Below, in pieces: positions 8,862 through 17,549 of a stretch of DNA of 52,446 bases. Location of the stretch: positions 1 through 52,446 of the forward strand of contig JAUVAY010000002.1 in NCBI GenBank assembly GCA_030591505.1. The letters run 5' to 3'. The translations under genes and the position numbers were made by a program. How positions within the stretch are numbered: the stretch's first letter is position 1; the number at the start of each line of letters is the position of its first letter. Source of the DNA: Flavobacteriales bacterium. GTDB taxonomy: Bacteria; Bacteroidota; Bacteroidia; Flavobacteriales_D; JAHECK01. The notes under the pieces are model-generated. The model saw nothing but the letters and a program-made list of their open reading frames with translations, did no database searches and had not been told where the DNA came from.

Positions 8862-9973
8862 TAAAAGGAATAAAAATAGGAATTGGGCTACTTATTATGA
8901 CAGCTATTGTATTTATGGCTGCGTGTAAAAAGAATGATATACCACCAAAACCAACACCCATTCCACCTGTTGTTGGCCCAACAGCTTATTCTTGGGAAGA
9001 CCCCTTGTTTTTTCAGCAAATGATAATTCCCGGAGATAATCCTTTTACTGTAGAAGGGATCAAATTAGGAAGGATGTTGTTTTACGATGTGAGGTTGTCG
9101 GGGGATGATACACAATCTTGTGCTGATTGCCATTTTCAGGAAAATGCTTTTGGTGATCCTAATCAATTTTCGACTGGAATAGATGGAATAGAAGGAAATA
9201 GACAAGGAATGACTTTAGAAAACCTCGGCTATCAATTCGATTATTTTTGGGATGCAAGATCTGAGACGCTGGAAGAGCAGATAATTCAGCCTGTTATCAA
9301 TCCTATTGAAATGAATGCTCTATGGAGTGATGTGATTGAAAAGATCAAAGCGGATGAGGAGTATATGGCACTATTTGCGATTGTTTACGGAACCACCTTC
9401 ATTGATTCAAACCATGTAGCAAAAGTGATGGCTCAATTTCTACGTACGGTTGTTAGCAGTGAAAGCAAGTATGATAAATGGAGGAAGGGAGAGTATTTTT
9501 TCACAGCTGAAGAAGCGCATGGATTTGACTTATTTCAAAAGGAAGGTGGCGATCCGGAATTGGGACAAGGAGGAGAATGGGGAGCAGATTGTTTCCATTG
9601 TCATCCATTAGCAGGAATGCAATTCTCTGATTATTTATTACATAATAATGGATTAGACTCTATATTTACCGATTTGGGTAGAGGAGAGGTAACTGGAGAT
9701 CCCAATGATTTCGGACGCTTTAAAACTCCAAGTTTGAGAAATGTTGAAGTTTCGGCTCCTTATATGCACGATGGAAGGTTTGAAACCTTAACAGAAGTTA
9801 TAGAACATTATAATAGTGGAGGGCACGCTTCATCTACGATAGACCCTTTTATGAAATATACACAGGGAGGGCTTCAGCTTTCCGACCAGGATAAATTGGA
9901 TCTCATCGCTTTCTTAAAAACGCTTACAGACATTACTTTCTTAGCTGATACCAGCTATAGTAGTCCGTTTTAA
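8858..9973 (+). CDS. Di-heme cytochrome c peroxidase family protein (MbnH/MauG-like), paralogue 2
   Basis: 371 aa with a lipobox ('FMAAC'). The heme motifs are CADCH at 9119-9133 and CFHCH at 9590-9604. It carries 'FWDAR', 'FKTPSLRNV' and 'PYMHDG'. A 4-nt ATGA overlap joins it to paralogue 1. Confidence 0.8.
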   Translation: MIKGIKIGIGLLIMTAIVFMAACKKNDIPPKPTPIPPVVGPTAYSWEDPLFFQQMIIPGDNPFTVEGIKLGRMLFYDVRLSGDDTQSCADCHFQENAFGDPNQFSTGIDGIEGNRQGMTLENLGYQFDYFWDARSETLEEQIIQPVINPIEMNALWSDVIEKIKADEEYMALFAIVYGTTFIDSNHVAKVMAQFLRTVVSSESKYDKWRKGEYFFTAEEAHGFDLFQKEGGDPELGQGGEWGADCFHCHPLAGMQFSDYLLHNNGLDSIFTDLGRGEVTGDPNDFGRFKTPSLRNVEVSAPYMHDGRFETLTEVIEHYNSGGHASSTIDPFMKYTQGGLQLSDQDKLDLIAFLKTLTDITFLADTSYSSPF

Positions 9974-9991
9974 ATTTCAAATTTGATTTAC

Positions 9992-11500
9992 TTATCGAAA
10001 TAGAGATATTGAACTCGTTTTACGATAAGGAATATCCTTAAAGGAAGCATCAATAATGTAAAAGTAGGTTCCTTCGGGCGGAACACTTCCACTAAACATA
10101 TTTGTTCCATCCCACTTAAACAATGGATCGGAAGATTCAAATACCTTTTTACCCCATCGATCATAGATCATTACATTAAAGGTGTCATAGCAAGGGTTTA
10201 CTTCAACATCAATACTGAAATAATCATTTCTATTGTCATTGTTGGGGGTGAAAACATTGGCTGCATTTTCTATATGTCCGTCCACATCCGGTATTACTTT
10301 TACAAAAAAGTGATGAAATGTAGTGTCAAATCCGCTGCAACCATCAGAAAAGGAACTTAATATTACTTCATGAGTTTGACCACTTAGATTCACACATTCG
10401 GTTAGCCAACTAAAATTTGCTATCACGGTTCCGTTTCCACCTTCTGATTCAAAAACAGATGGATTACCTGCATGCGGATCAAATAATTCCGATGTAGCTT
10501 CAATTACAACAGGGTCGGATGCGTTTTGATCTTGAACAACAATTTCAAGTTCAAATAGATTTTCAGCAATGATCTCATAATAGGATGAATCAGGAGGAGA
10601 TGTAAAAACGGGAGGGTAATCCACAGTACAAACCACCGATTGAAATTGAATTTCTCTACGCACTGATCCAATTTGTACACCATCTCTAAATTCAGCTACA
10701 TAAATAGCCATTACATAAACCCCAGATAGTTCGGGAATAGCAGTAATATCGCCTGTAAGCTGATCTATCGTCATTGGTATCGTGGTATTGAGAATATTAT
10801 CGAGACTATAACCCGTAGCCCAAGCGCATGGTGTATAGGGTTTTGGACCTGCAAATTCCTCTAAAGATGCTGGCAAAGATGATGTAAATGGATTACCTGT
10901 TGAGTCCCCAGACAACGGATAGTCGAAAAAATAAACTAATGAATCGCCATCTATATCTGTTACATTAAAATTCAAAACGTTTTCAATTCCAATGCAAAAA
11001 TATCCAGTACTGGGATATGCATCAAATACCGGTGTAGAATTTTGTAATGCAGGATTTGCGATGGTACAAACAAATACCATCCCTTCGTCACCAGGTACAG
11101 CAAGATTTGAAATAATTCCATTTCTACAACACCTTTCCCATACTAAATAGTACCCACCTGGATTATTTTGTAATTCGATCGTTTTACTATACACTCCCTG
11201 TTCAACACATAAACTTGTAGGTGTATAACATTCATCTCCTAAAGGAATATTCGTAATTTGAAGATCAGTCATTTCAAATGAGCTGGTTACCATATCCGTA
11301 TTACTATCGAAAATAGTGATGGTTATGCTTCCGTCAAAAAGAGCTCCACCACCGAAACAATCTCGAAACAATTTTAGCTCAACGTCGAAAGTATTGCCAC
11401 TAACCCAGCTAACACTAAAGTCGCCACCAATAATATGTGCAGCATTTGAGTAGATGGATGAAATAAAAAGAAAAGCTATAACGAGTAAACCTTGTTTCAT
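9992..11500 (-). CDS. T9SS type-B (CHU_C / gliding-motility-associated) C-terminal-domain surface protein
   Basis: 502 aa with a signal peptide. The C-terminus 'NVFTPNNDNRNDYFSI...YDRWGKKVFES...FKWDGT...GTYFYII' is the characteristic type-B sorting domain. Confidence 0.75.
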   Translation of the reverse strand: MKQGLLVIAFLFISSIYSNAAHIIGGDFSVSWVSGNTFDVELKLFRDCFGGGALFDGSITITIFDSNTDMVTSSFEMTDLQITNIPLGDECYTPTSLCVEQGVYSKTIELQNNPGGYYLVWERCCRNGIISNLAVPGDEGMVFVCTIANPALQNSTPVFDAYPSTGYFCIGIENVLNFNVTDIDGDSLVYFFDYPLSGDSTGNPFTSSLPASLEEFAGPKPYTPCAWATGYSLDNILNTTIPMTIDQLTGDITAIPELSGVYVMAIYVAEFRDGVQIGSVRREIQFQSVVCTVDYPPVFTSPPDSSYYEIIAENLFELEIVVQDQNASDPVVIEATSELFDPHAGNPSVFESEGGNGTVIANFSWLTECVNLSGQTHEVILSSFSDGCSGFDTTFHHFFVKVIPDVDGHIENAANVFTPNNDNRNDYFSIDVEVNPCYDTFNVMIYDRWGKKVFESSDPLFKWDGTNMFSGSVPPEGTYFYIIDASFKDIPYRKTSSISLFR

Positions 11501-11563
11501 TAGTATTGAAAAAATTGATGATAAAAAGATTCTAATTTATTCTATGCAATGTGCAACATACAA

Positions 11564-11571
11564 TATTTTTG
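11564..11571 (+). promoter_or_regulatory. Candidate Bacteroidota -7 promoter box (TAnnTTTG)
   Basis: Exact match 'TATTTTTG', 15 nt upstream of the ATG at 11587. Confidence 0.3.
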
Positions 11572-11586
11572 TGAAAACTTTATTTT

Positions 11587-12165
11587 ATGCGCTTGATCTC
11601 TGAACGTATCAGTATTGATGAAACAAATAACCCGAAGATTGTTATTTTGGGAAGGACGGAAAGGTGGAAGGAAAGCATGCTTTTATTCTGGGTATTGGCC
11701 TGGTCTTTTAGCGGAAGTGTTTTTCTTTATTATTTTCTTGCTGATACGCCGATGCACCATAGTTTAGCAATGCTGGTGATGTTATCATTCTGGTTGTATT
11801 TTGAGCTTAAGATTTTAAAAGTTTTTCTTTGGCGTCGAGTAGGCTTTGAGAGTATTAACTTTGCTTTAGATGAGTTAACTATTCAAAATAACATTTATCA
11901 GCGAGGAAAGATAAATAGATACTTAATAGCTAATATTGAGTCATTTAAACTGATTACAATCACGCCAACAAATTTTTTCGCCTTTATGGATAATTCTTTT
12001 TGGGTAATGGGTGGTCAGCGAATTTATTTTGATTATTTTGGAAAAACGGTTGTCTTAGGGATGCAAATAAGCGATTTAGAAGCTAAGAAATTACTTAGTC
12101 TGCTAAACGGACAATTAAAGAGAAGTAAAAAAGAGAGCCGAACAATACGAAAAAACGAATTGTAA
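11587..12165 (+). CDS. Hypothetical membrane protein (two predicted TM helices)
   Basis: 192 aa with hydrophobic stretches 'LLFWVLAWSFSGSVFLYYFL' and 'LAMLVMLSFWLYF'. It ends 2 nt before prmA. Confidence 0.5.
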   Translation: MRLISERISIDETNNPKIVILGRTERWKESMLLFWVLAWSFSGSVFLYYFLADTPMHHSLAMLVMLSFWLYFELKILKVFLWRRVGFESINFALDELTIQNNIYQRGKINRYLIANIESFKLITITPTNFFAFMDNSFWVMGGQRIYFDYFGKTVVLGMQISDLEAKKLLSLLNGQLKRSKKESRTIRKNEL

Positions 12166-12167
12166 AC

Positions 12168-12995
12168 ATGAAGTACATAGAATTTGACTTTGATGTTAAA
12201 GAACCTGAAGTATACAGAGATATTCTATTGGCTGAAATAGGTGATCTTCCATTTGAAAGTTTTGAAGAAACGGCTACTGGATTGAAAGCATATATTCCGT
12301 TTACGAAGATGGATAAAGGACAATTAATAAAATGGTCGAAATCGATTCCCTATATAATATCACATAGAATTAGAGAGATTGAGTCAGTAAATTGGAATGA
12401 AGAGTGGGAAAAGGATTATAAACCAATAATGGTAGAAAATCAATGTTTGATCAGAGCTCCTTTTCATCGAAATGACCCTCGGTTTTTATTCCAAATTATT
12501 ATTAAACCTCAAATGTCTTTTGGTACGGGACACCACGATACCACTTATCTAATGGTTAAGCATATTCTCAATGAGAATATTTATAATAAGTCTGTATTGG
12601 ATATGGGATGTGGTACAGGTGTGCTTGCTATATTAGCAGAGCAAAGAGGAGCAAATCCTGTTTGGGCGATCGACAACGACGACTGGGCATATAAAAACAC
12701 TATATCAAATTGTTTATTAAATGGAACAGAATATGTATCAGTAAGGTTTGGTGACAGTGATTCTATTCCTGAAAAGAAGTTCAGTTTAATTTTTGCTAAT
12801 ATTAATAAGAACATTCTTAAAAATGACATGGAAGCCTACGTTGCTCATCTAGATGATGAGGGAATAATATTGTTTAGTGGCTTTTTTGAAGTTGATATAG
12901 ATGATATGAAAGTCGCTGCAGAAAAGTGGGGCCTTAAAGTAAAAAGAACTGACACACTTAATGAATGGGCCTTTTTAAAGTGTGTAAAAAAGTGA
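12168..12995 (+). CDS. prmA: Ribosomal protein L11 methyltransferase
   Basis: 275 aa. It has SAM motif I 'VLDMGCGTGVLAI', then 'AIDND', and the PrmA-type N-terminal domain ('YIPF...'). Confidence 0.85.
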   Translation: MKYIEFDFDVKEPEVYRDILLAEIGDLPFESFEETATGLKAYIPFTKMDKGQLIKWSKSIPYIISHRIREIESVNWNEEWEKDYKPIMVENQCLIRAPFHRNDPRFLFQIIIKPQMSFGTGHHDTTYLMVKHILNENIYNKSVLDMGCGTGVLAILAEQRGANPVWAIDNDDWAYKNTISNCLLNGTEYVSVRFGDSDSIPEKKFSLIFANINKNILKNDMEAYVAHLDDEGIILFSGFFEVDIDDMKVAAEKWGLKVKRTDTLNEWAFLKCVKK

Positions 12996-13018
12996 TAGAG
13001 GATTATGTTTATTGCAAA

Positions 13019-16000
13019 ATGAGTATGGAAAACAATAATAAATTAATAAGCGATGTTTTGAAATATTGTAGAATAACATTTCTATTATTTTTCCTTCCAT
13101 TAAACCTTTTCTCCCAAAGTCTTAAAAATGTAAATAGAGACCCATTGAGCTTTATTGAGCAGATCAATGTTATGCTTGAAGAAGCAGATAAAAAAGGCAC
13201 GAAAGAATTCAGAGAGGAAAAGTGGTTACTTTCTGTTAAGCCAGAGTCGTTTACAAGTGAACAGTGGAACGATATCTATGATATCAGTGACTATATGCTC
13301 GGTAAAAGAATAAGTACACTGCCCTATATTTTTAACTTCGTAGAACTTATTGAAGGAAGCCTTTATGATCCAACGATCTCTTCTAATATTGAAGGAATGT
13401 TGAGCACTTTAATACATGTTAAAGATCTTAATAAGGCAAAGGTTTTTAAAAGCTATTTGCTTGCGCTTTATGGAACATTGACTAAGCATGAATTTTATAA
13501 AACGAATATCCTGACATGGAAAACGAATAGTTCTGAAATAAAAATAAGCTTGAATGAGGAACCTGTTTTCAGTTTTGAAAATGGAAGTTTAATTTGTGTT
13601 GCAAAGAAAGATAGCTCAATTATATACAATACAGCAGGTGAATATTATCCGCTTAGTAAAAAATGGAATGGGAAAAGCGGGAAAATTGATTGGCAACGGG
13701 CGGCTCAAGATCCAACTGAAGTTTATGCTGAATTTGGTGAATACTCAATATCTTTAAAATCAGTTTCCTATAAAATTGATTCGGTTAAATTCCATCATTA
13801 TTCCTTTAAAAAAGCATTGCTAGGAAGATTAGATGAGAATATATTGGCAAATGTCACCCCTGATAGAGCAAGATACCCGAGCTTTTATACCTATGGTAGC
13901 CATTTTGAGATAAGAAACATTGTTGAACAAGTTGACTTTAGTGGTGGTTTCAACATGAAAGGGGCGACGATAAACGGATTTGGGACAACAGACCAACCTG
14001 CAAAACTGTTCTTTCGATATGAAAATAAAGTAAGAGTAGAAGCCCATGCCAATTTCATTTCAATGAACCCGAATTCTATTGGAGCAAACCCTGCCAAGAT
14101 CATTATTCATTTGGGTGCAGATACGATCAGTCATCCTGGTCTTTCACTTAAATATGTTAAAGCAACACGTCTGCTTACGCTCTATAGGGAGGATAAAGGT
14201 ATCGCCAAAACACCTTTTAAAGATGATTATCACAAATTTGATATTTATGCTGAGAGTTTTTATTGGAATATTGATGAACCTATTATGGATTTCGGAGCTC
14301 TCTACGGTTCTACAAGTAGAGAAGCCAGTTTTGAATCTCAAGATTATTATAGTAAAGATCGGTTTATAAAACTCATGGGACTAGATAGGATTCATCCCTT
14401 AACAGCAATCAAACAATTATGTGATAAACTCGGTTATGATGAATTTACACTTGAAGAACTTGCTGGTTTTCTTCGATTACCAAAGGTGCAGGCAGAAACG
14501 ATGCTTATTAATTTAAGTATTCAGGGCTTTGTTGAGTATGATACGAAAGAGAAAATGGGTAAGAAAACAGAGAAACTGGATAAGTATATATTAAATGTTG
14601 CAGGAAAAAGTGATTACGATGTTATTCAGATTACGTCTAACGTAAGTAAGTACATGAATGGCTCCCTCGATCTTGAGAATAAAGAAATTAAACTGAAAGG
14701 TGTCCGGTTTTTTACTTTAAGTGACAGTAATAATGTTGTTATTTTTCCTAATAATGGGGAGATCATTTTAGAAAAGGATAGAGATATTAAGTTTGGAGGA
14801 GTTGTGTATGCTGGAAAATTCGAATATTTTGGATCGGATTATTACTTTGATTACGATGAGTTTACGATAAACTTGATAAAAGTGGATTCAACCCGAATCA
14901 AAGTACCGAGTTTTGAGGTTTCTTCAAGTGGAGAAAGATCACTGCGCTATGTTACAAATGTGATCGAAGGGATTAGAGGTAGCATTAATGTGGACAATCC
15001 AGATAATAAATCAGGTCTTAAATCACAAGAATATTCGGATTACCCAATTTTTAATTGTGTAAAAGAATCCTTCGTGTATTATGATAATAGTAGGATACAG
15101 GGTGGTGTATATGATAGAGATCGATTCTATTATGAGATCGAACCTTTTGTTATTGATAGTTTAGAGAAGTTTAAAACGGAAAATTTAAGTTTTCAAGGAA
15201 GGTTTGTTTCAGGAGGTATTTTTGATGAGATTTATGACCCACTTGTGATAATGCCTGATTATTCTTTGGGTTTTACAAGAGCCTTACCTGAAGAAGGAAT
15301 TAGTATTTATGGTGGAGCTGCGGTATTTGACAATGAGATTACCCTATCAGGAAAGGGACTTCAAGGTGATGGTGACATTGATTTTTTAAGCTCTCATTCG
15401 CATTCAAAAGCCTTTGCTTTTTACCCTGATTCATTACAAGGTATAACTACTTCATTTGTTAATGTTGAGCAAGCCGGAGAGCCTGAGGTGCCTGAATCTC
15501 ATGCTTCGGAAGTTGAGATTAAATTCTACCCTTATGAAGGAAGACTATTAGCAGGAGTTTATACTGAACCGATCCCTATGTATAATGACCAAGCTTCCTT
15601 ACGGTCAGGTTATATGGAATTAAATGAACTGGGCATGGGTGGAAATGGTACAATTGAATTTTCAGGAGCCTTTCTAAGTTCAGATGATTTTGATTACAAT
15701 AAGGATATTATTAATGCTGATACTTCAAACTTTTCATTGGCTGCGGTGAGCGATGCAGGGATGGCTTTCAAAACTGATAACGTAAGGGCAAATGTTGATT
15801 TTATAGAAAGAGTTGGTGAATTTCGCTCTAATGATGAAGAATCATTTGTTGAGTTCCCTTCCAATGAATATATCTGTTTTATGGATAAGTTTAAATGGTA
15901 TATGGATGTAAATGATATTGAACTGGAATCAGAAAGAGGGGCAAAAGTAGTTGAAAGTGATTTTGTGATCGATACTGATATGAGCAAGTCGAGTTCAAAT

Positions 16001-17515
16001 TTCTTTTCTATTAATGAAGATCAGGATTCCTTGAATTTTTTAGCGCCAAGGGCTGTATTTAACCTGAATTCATCTGTAATTGAATGTAAAGATATCATGT
16101 TTATTAAGGCAGCTGATGCCAGGATCTATCCAGATAGTGGAAAAGCAGTAATAAGAAAAAGAGCACAACTTGATCCCTTTATAAATGCTTCTATTATTGC
16201 GAATGATATAACTAAATATCATAGCATTTATAATGCTGAGGTGAAGATTAGAGGGCGTTTTGAGTATAAAGGGAGTGGATATACTGACTACATCAACGAA
16301 TCGAATCAGATATATCAAATCTGGCTAAAGGATATTGATATAGATACTAATTTCCAAACAGTAGCTGAAGGGAAGATAATTGGAGAAGACCAATTTATGT
16401 TGAGCCCTAATTTTGAATTTCAAGGAGATGTGAATTTGGAAGCCAATAGAGAATTCCTGGTCTTTAACGGCTCCTCGAGAATTCTTCATGATTGTCCTGA
16501 AGAGAGTATTTTCTGGTTACCTTTTACAGCCGAAGTAAATCCATTGGATATTCAGATTCCTATCATAGCAAATATGAAGTCCATTACTAATGATGTACTT
16601 CATAGTGGTGTTGTTGCAAGAGAAGACCCTTTTGGATTGTATCCTGTATTCTTGTCTGAAAAAGAAGATGAGCAAGATCAAGTAATGATGGCTACAGAAG
16701 GGTTTTTATCTTATAATAAGAACTCGGATGAATATATAATCGCAAGCGAGGAGAAACTAAAACAAAGTAAATTACCAGGACCACTCGTTGCACTGAATGT
16801 AAATAGTTGTCAGGTTAGAACGGATGGAGTACTTGATTTTGGCTTTGATTTTGATCCTATTGAATTTATTACTTATGGTTCTTCAAAGTATAATGCTCAA
16901 GATGATGATTATTCGTTTAACCTATCATTAATAATGGATTTCCTTTTTGATAATAATGCCCTCGATCTATTTACAAACGACATTAACCGTAGCGCTGAAA
17001 CGAAGGGAGTTAATTTCTCAAAAGTGTATTATGAAAGCTCTTTAAAAGAACTCTTAGGACAAGAAGATGCCGACCAGTTGATTACCGATCTGAATCTAAG
17101 TGGTGCGATTAGGAAACTTCCAAATGAATTAAAGAAGTCGATTTATTTTGCAGGTATAGAAATGTATTGGGATGCTGGAGCTGAAGCCTATAAATCAAAA
17201 GGGTCAATTGCTATTGCCAATATCAAGGATAAGCAAGTGTTTAAATCTGTTAGTGGACAGGTTATGATCACACGAAAAAGGAGTGGAGATAAAATAGAAA
17301 TCTATTTAGAAGTTGATGAAAATAAATGGTACTATTTTACCTATTCGCGAGGAGTGATGCAAGCCTATTCATCTAATAAGGAATTCAATAATATTCTTAT
17401 TGAAGTGAAAGATGAGAAAAGAGTTATTAAACCGTCTAAAGGGAAAAAAGGTTATGAGTATATAATGGCCTCAAAACGTAAAAAAGATGAATTTTTGGAA
17501 AGGTTTGATGAATAA
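13019..17515 (+). CDS. Very large exported protein of unknown function (~1498 aa)
   Basis: This is the long uninterrupted ORF listed in the track as 12965..17515. I prefer the ATG at 13019, which lies after the prmA stop and gives 'MSMENNNKL...FFLPLNLFSQ', a signal-like N-terminus. I recognise no domain with confidence. Confidence 0.65.
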   Translation: MSMENNNKLISDVLKYCRITFLLFFLPLNLFSQSLKNVNRDPLSFIEQINVMLEEADKKGTKEFREEKWLLSVKPESFTSEQWNDIYDISDYMLGKRISTLPYIFNFVELIEGSLYDPTISSNIEGMLSTLIHVKDLNKAKVFKSYLLALYGTLTKHEFYKTNILTWKTNSSEIKISLNEEPVFSFENGSLICVAKKDSSIIYNTAGEYYPLSKKWNGKSGKIDWQRAAQDPTEVYAEFGEYSISLKSVSYKIDSVKFHHYSFKKALLGRLDENILANVTPDRARYPSFYTYGSHFEIRNIVEQVDFSGGFNMKGATINGFGTTDQPAKLFFRYENKVRVEAHANFISMNPNSIGANPAKIIIHLGADTISHPGLSLKYVKATRLLTLYREDKGIAKTPFKDDYHKFDIYAESFYWNIDEPIMDFGALYGSTSREASFESQDYYSKDRFIKLMGLDRIHPLTAIKQLCDKLGYDEFTLEELAGFLRLPKVQAETMLINLSIQGFVEYDTKEKMGKKTEKLDKYILNVAGKSDYDVIQITSNVSKYMNGSLDLENKEIKLKGVRFFTLSDSNNVVIFPNNGEIILEKDRDIKFGGVVYAGKFEYFGSDYYFDYDEFTINLIKVDSTRIKVPSFEVSSSGERSLRYVTNVIEGIRGSINVDNPDNKSGLKSQEYSDYPIFNCVKESFVYYDNSRIQGGVYDRDRFYYEIEPFVIDSLEKFKTENLSFQGRFVSGGIFDEIYDPLVIMPDYSLGFTRALPEEGISIYGGAAVFDNEITLSGKGLQGDGDIDFLSSHSHSKAFAFYPDSLQGITTSFVNVEQAGEPEVPESHASEVEIKFYPYEGRLLAGVYTEPIPMYNDQASLRSGYMELNELGMGGNGTIEFSGAFLSSDDFDYNKDIINADTSNFSLAAVSDAGMAFKTDNVRANVDFIERVGEFRSNDEESFVEFPSNEYICFMDKFKWYMDVNDIELESERGAKVVESDFVIDTDMSKSSSNFFSINEDQDSLNFLAPRAVFNLNSSVIECKDIMFIKAADARIYPDSGKAVIRKRAQLDPFINASIIANDITKYHSIYNAEVKIRGRFEYKGSGYTDYINESNQIYQIWLKDIDIDTNFQTVAEGKIIGEDQFMLSPNFEFQGDVNLEANREFLVFNGSSRILHDCPEESIFWLPFTAEVNPLDIQIPIIANMKSITNDVLHSGVVAREDPFGLYPVFLSEKEDEQDQVMMATEGFLSYNKNSDEYIIASEEKLKQSKLPGPLVALNVNSCQVRTDGVLDFGFDFDPIEFITYGSSKYNAQDDDYSFNLSLIMDFLFDNNALDLFTNDINRSAETKGVNFSKVYYESSLKELLGQEDADQLITDLNLSGAIRKLPNELKKSIYFAGIEMYWDAGAEAYKSKGSIAIANIKDKQVFKSVSGQVMITRKRSGDKIEIYLEVDENKWYYFTYSRGVMQAYSSNKEFNNILIEVKDEKRVIKPSKGKKGYEYIMASKRKKDEFLERFDE

Positions 17516-17549
17516 ATATGTTGTTAATAAGTTCGTTGAATATACTTAA

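Noticed and set aside
12965-13018. The track start (ATG 12965) for the 1516-aa ORF, which overlaps the last 31 nt of prmA.
   Set aside because: The in-frame ATG at 13019 lies just after the prmA stop and is followed by a signal-peptide-like segment. The upstream 18 codons add only a Cys/Lys-rich stub. I cannot exclude 12965 without N-terminal data.
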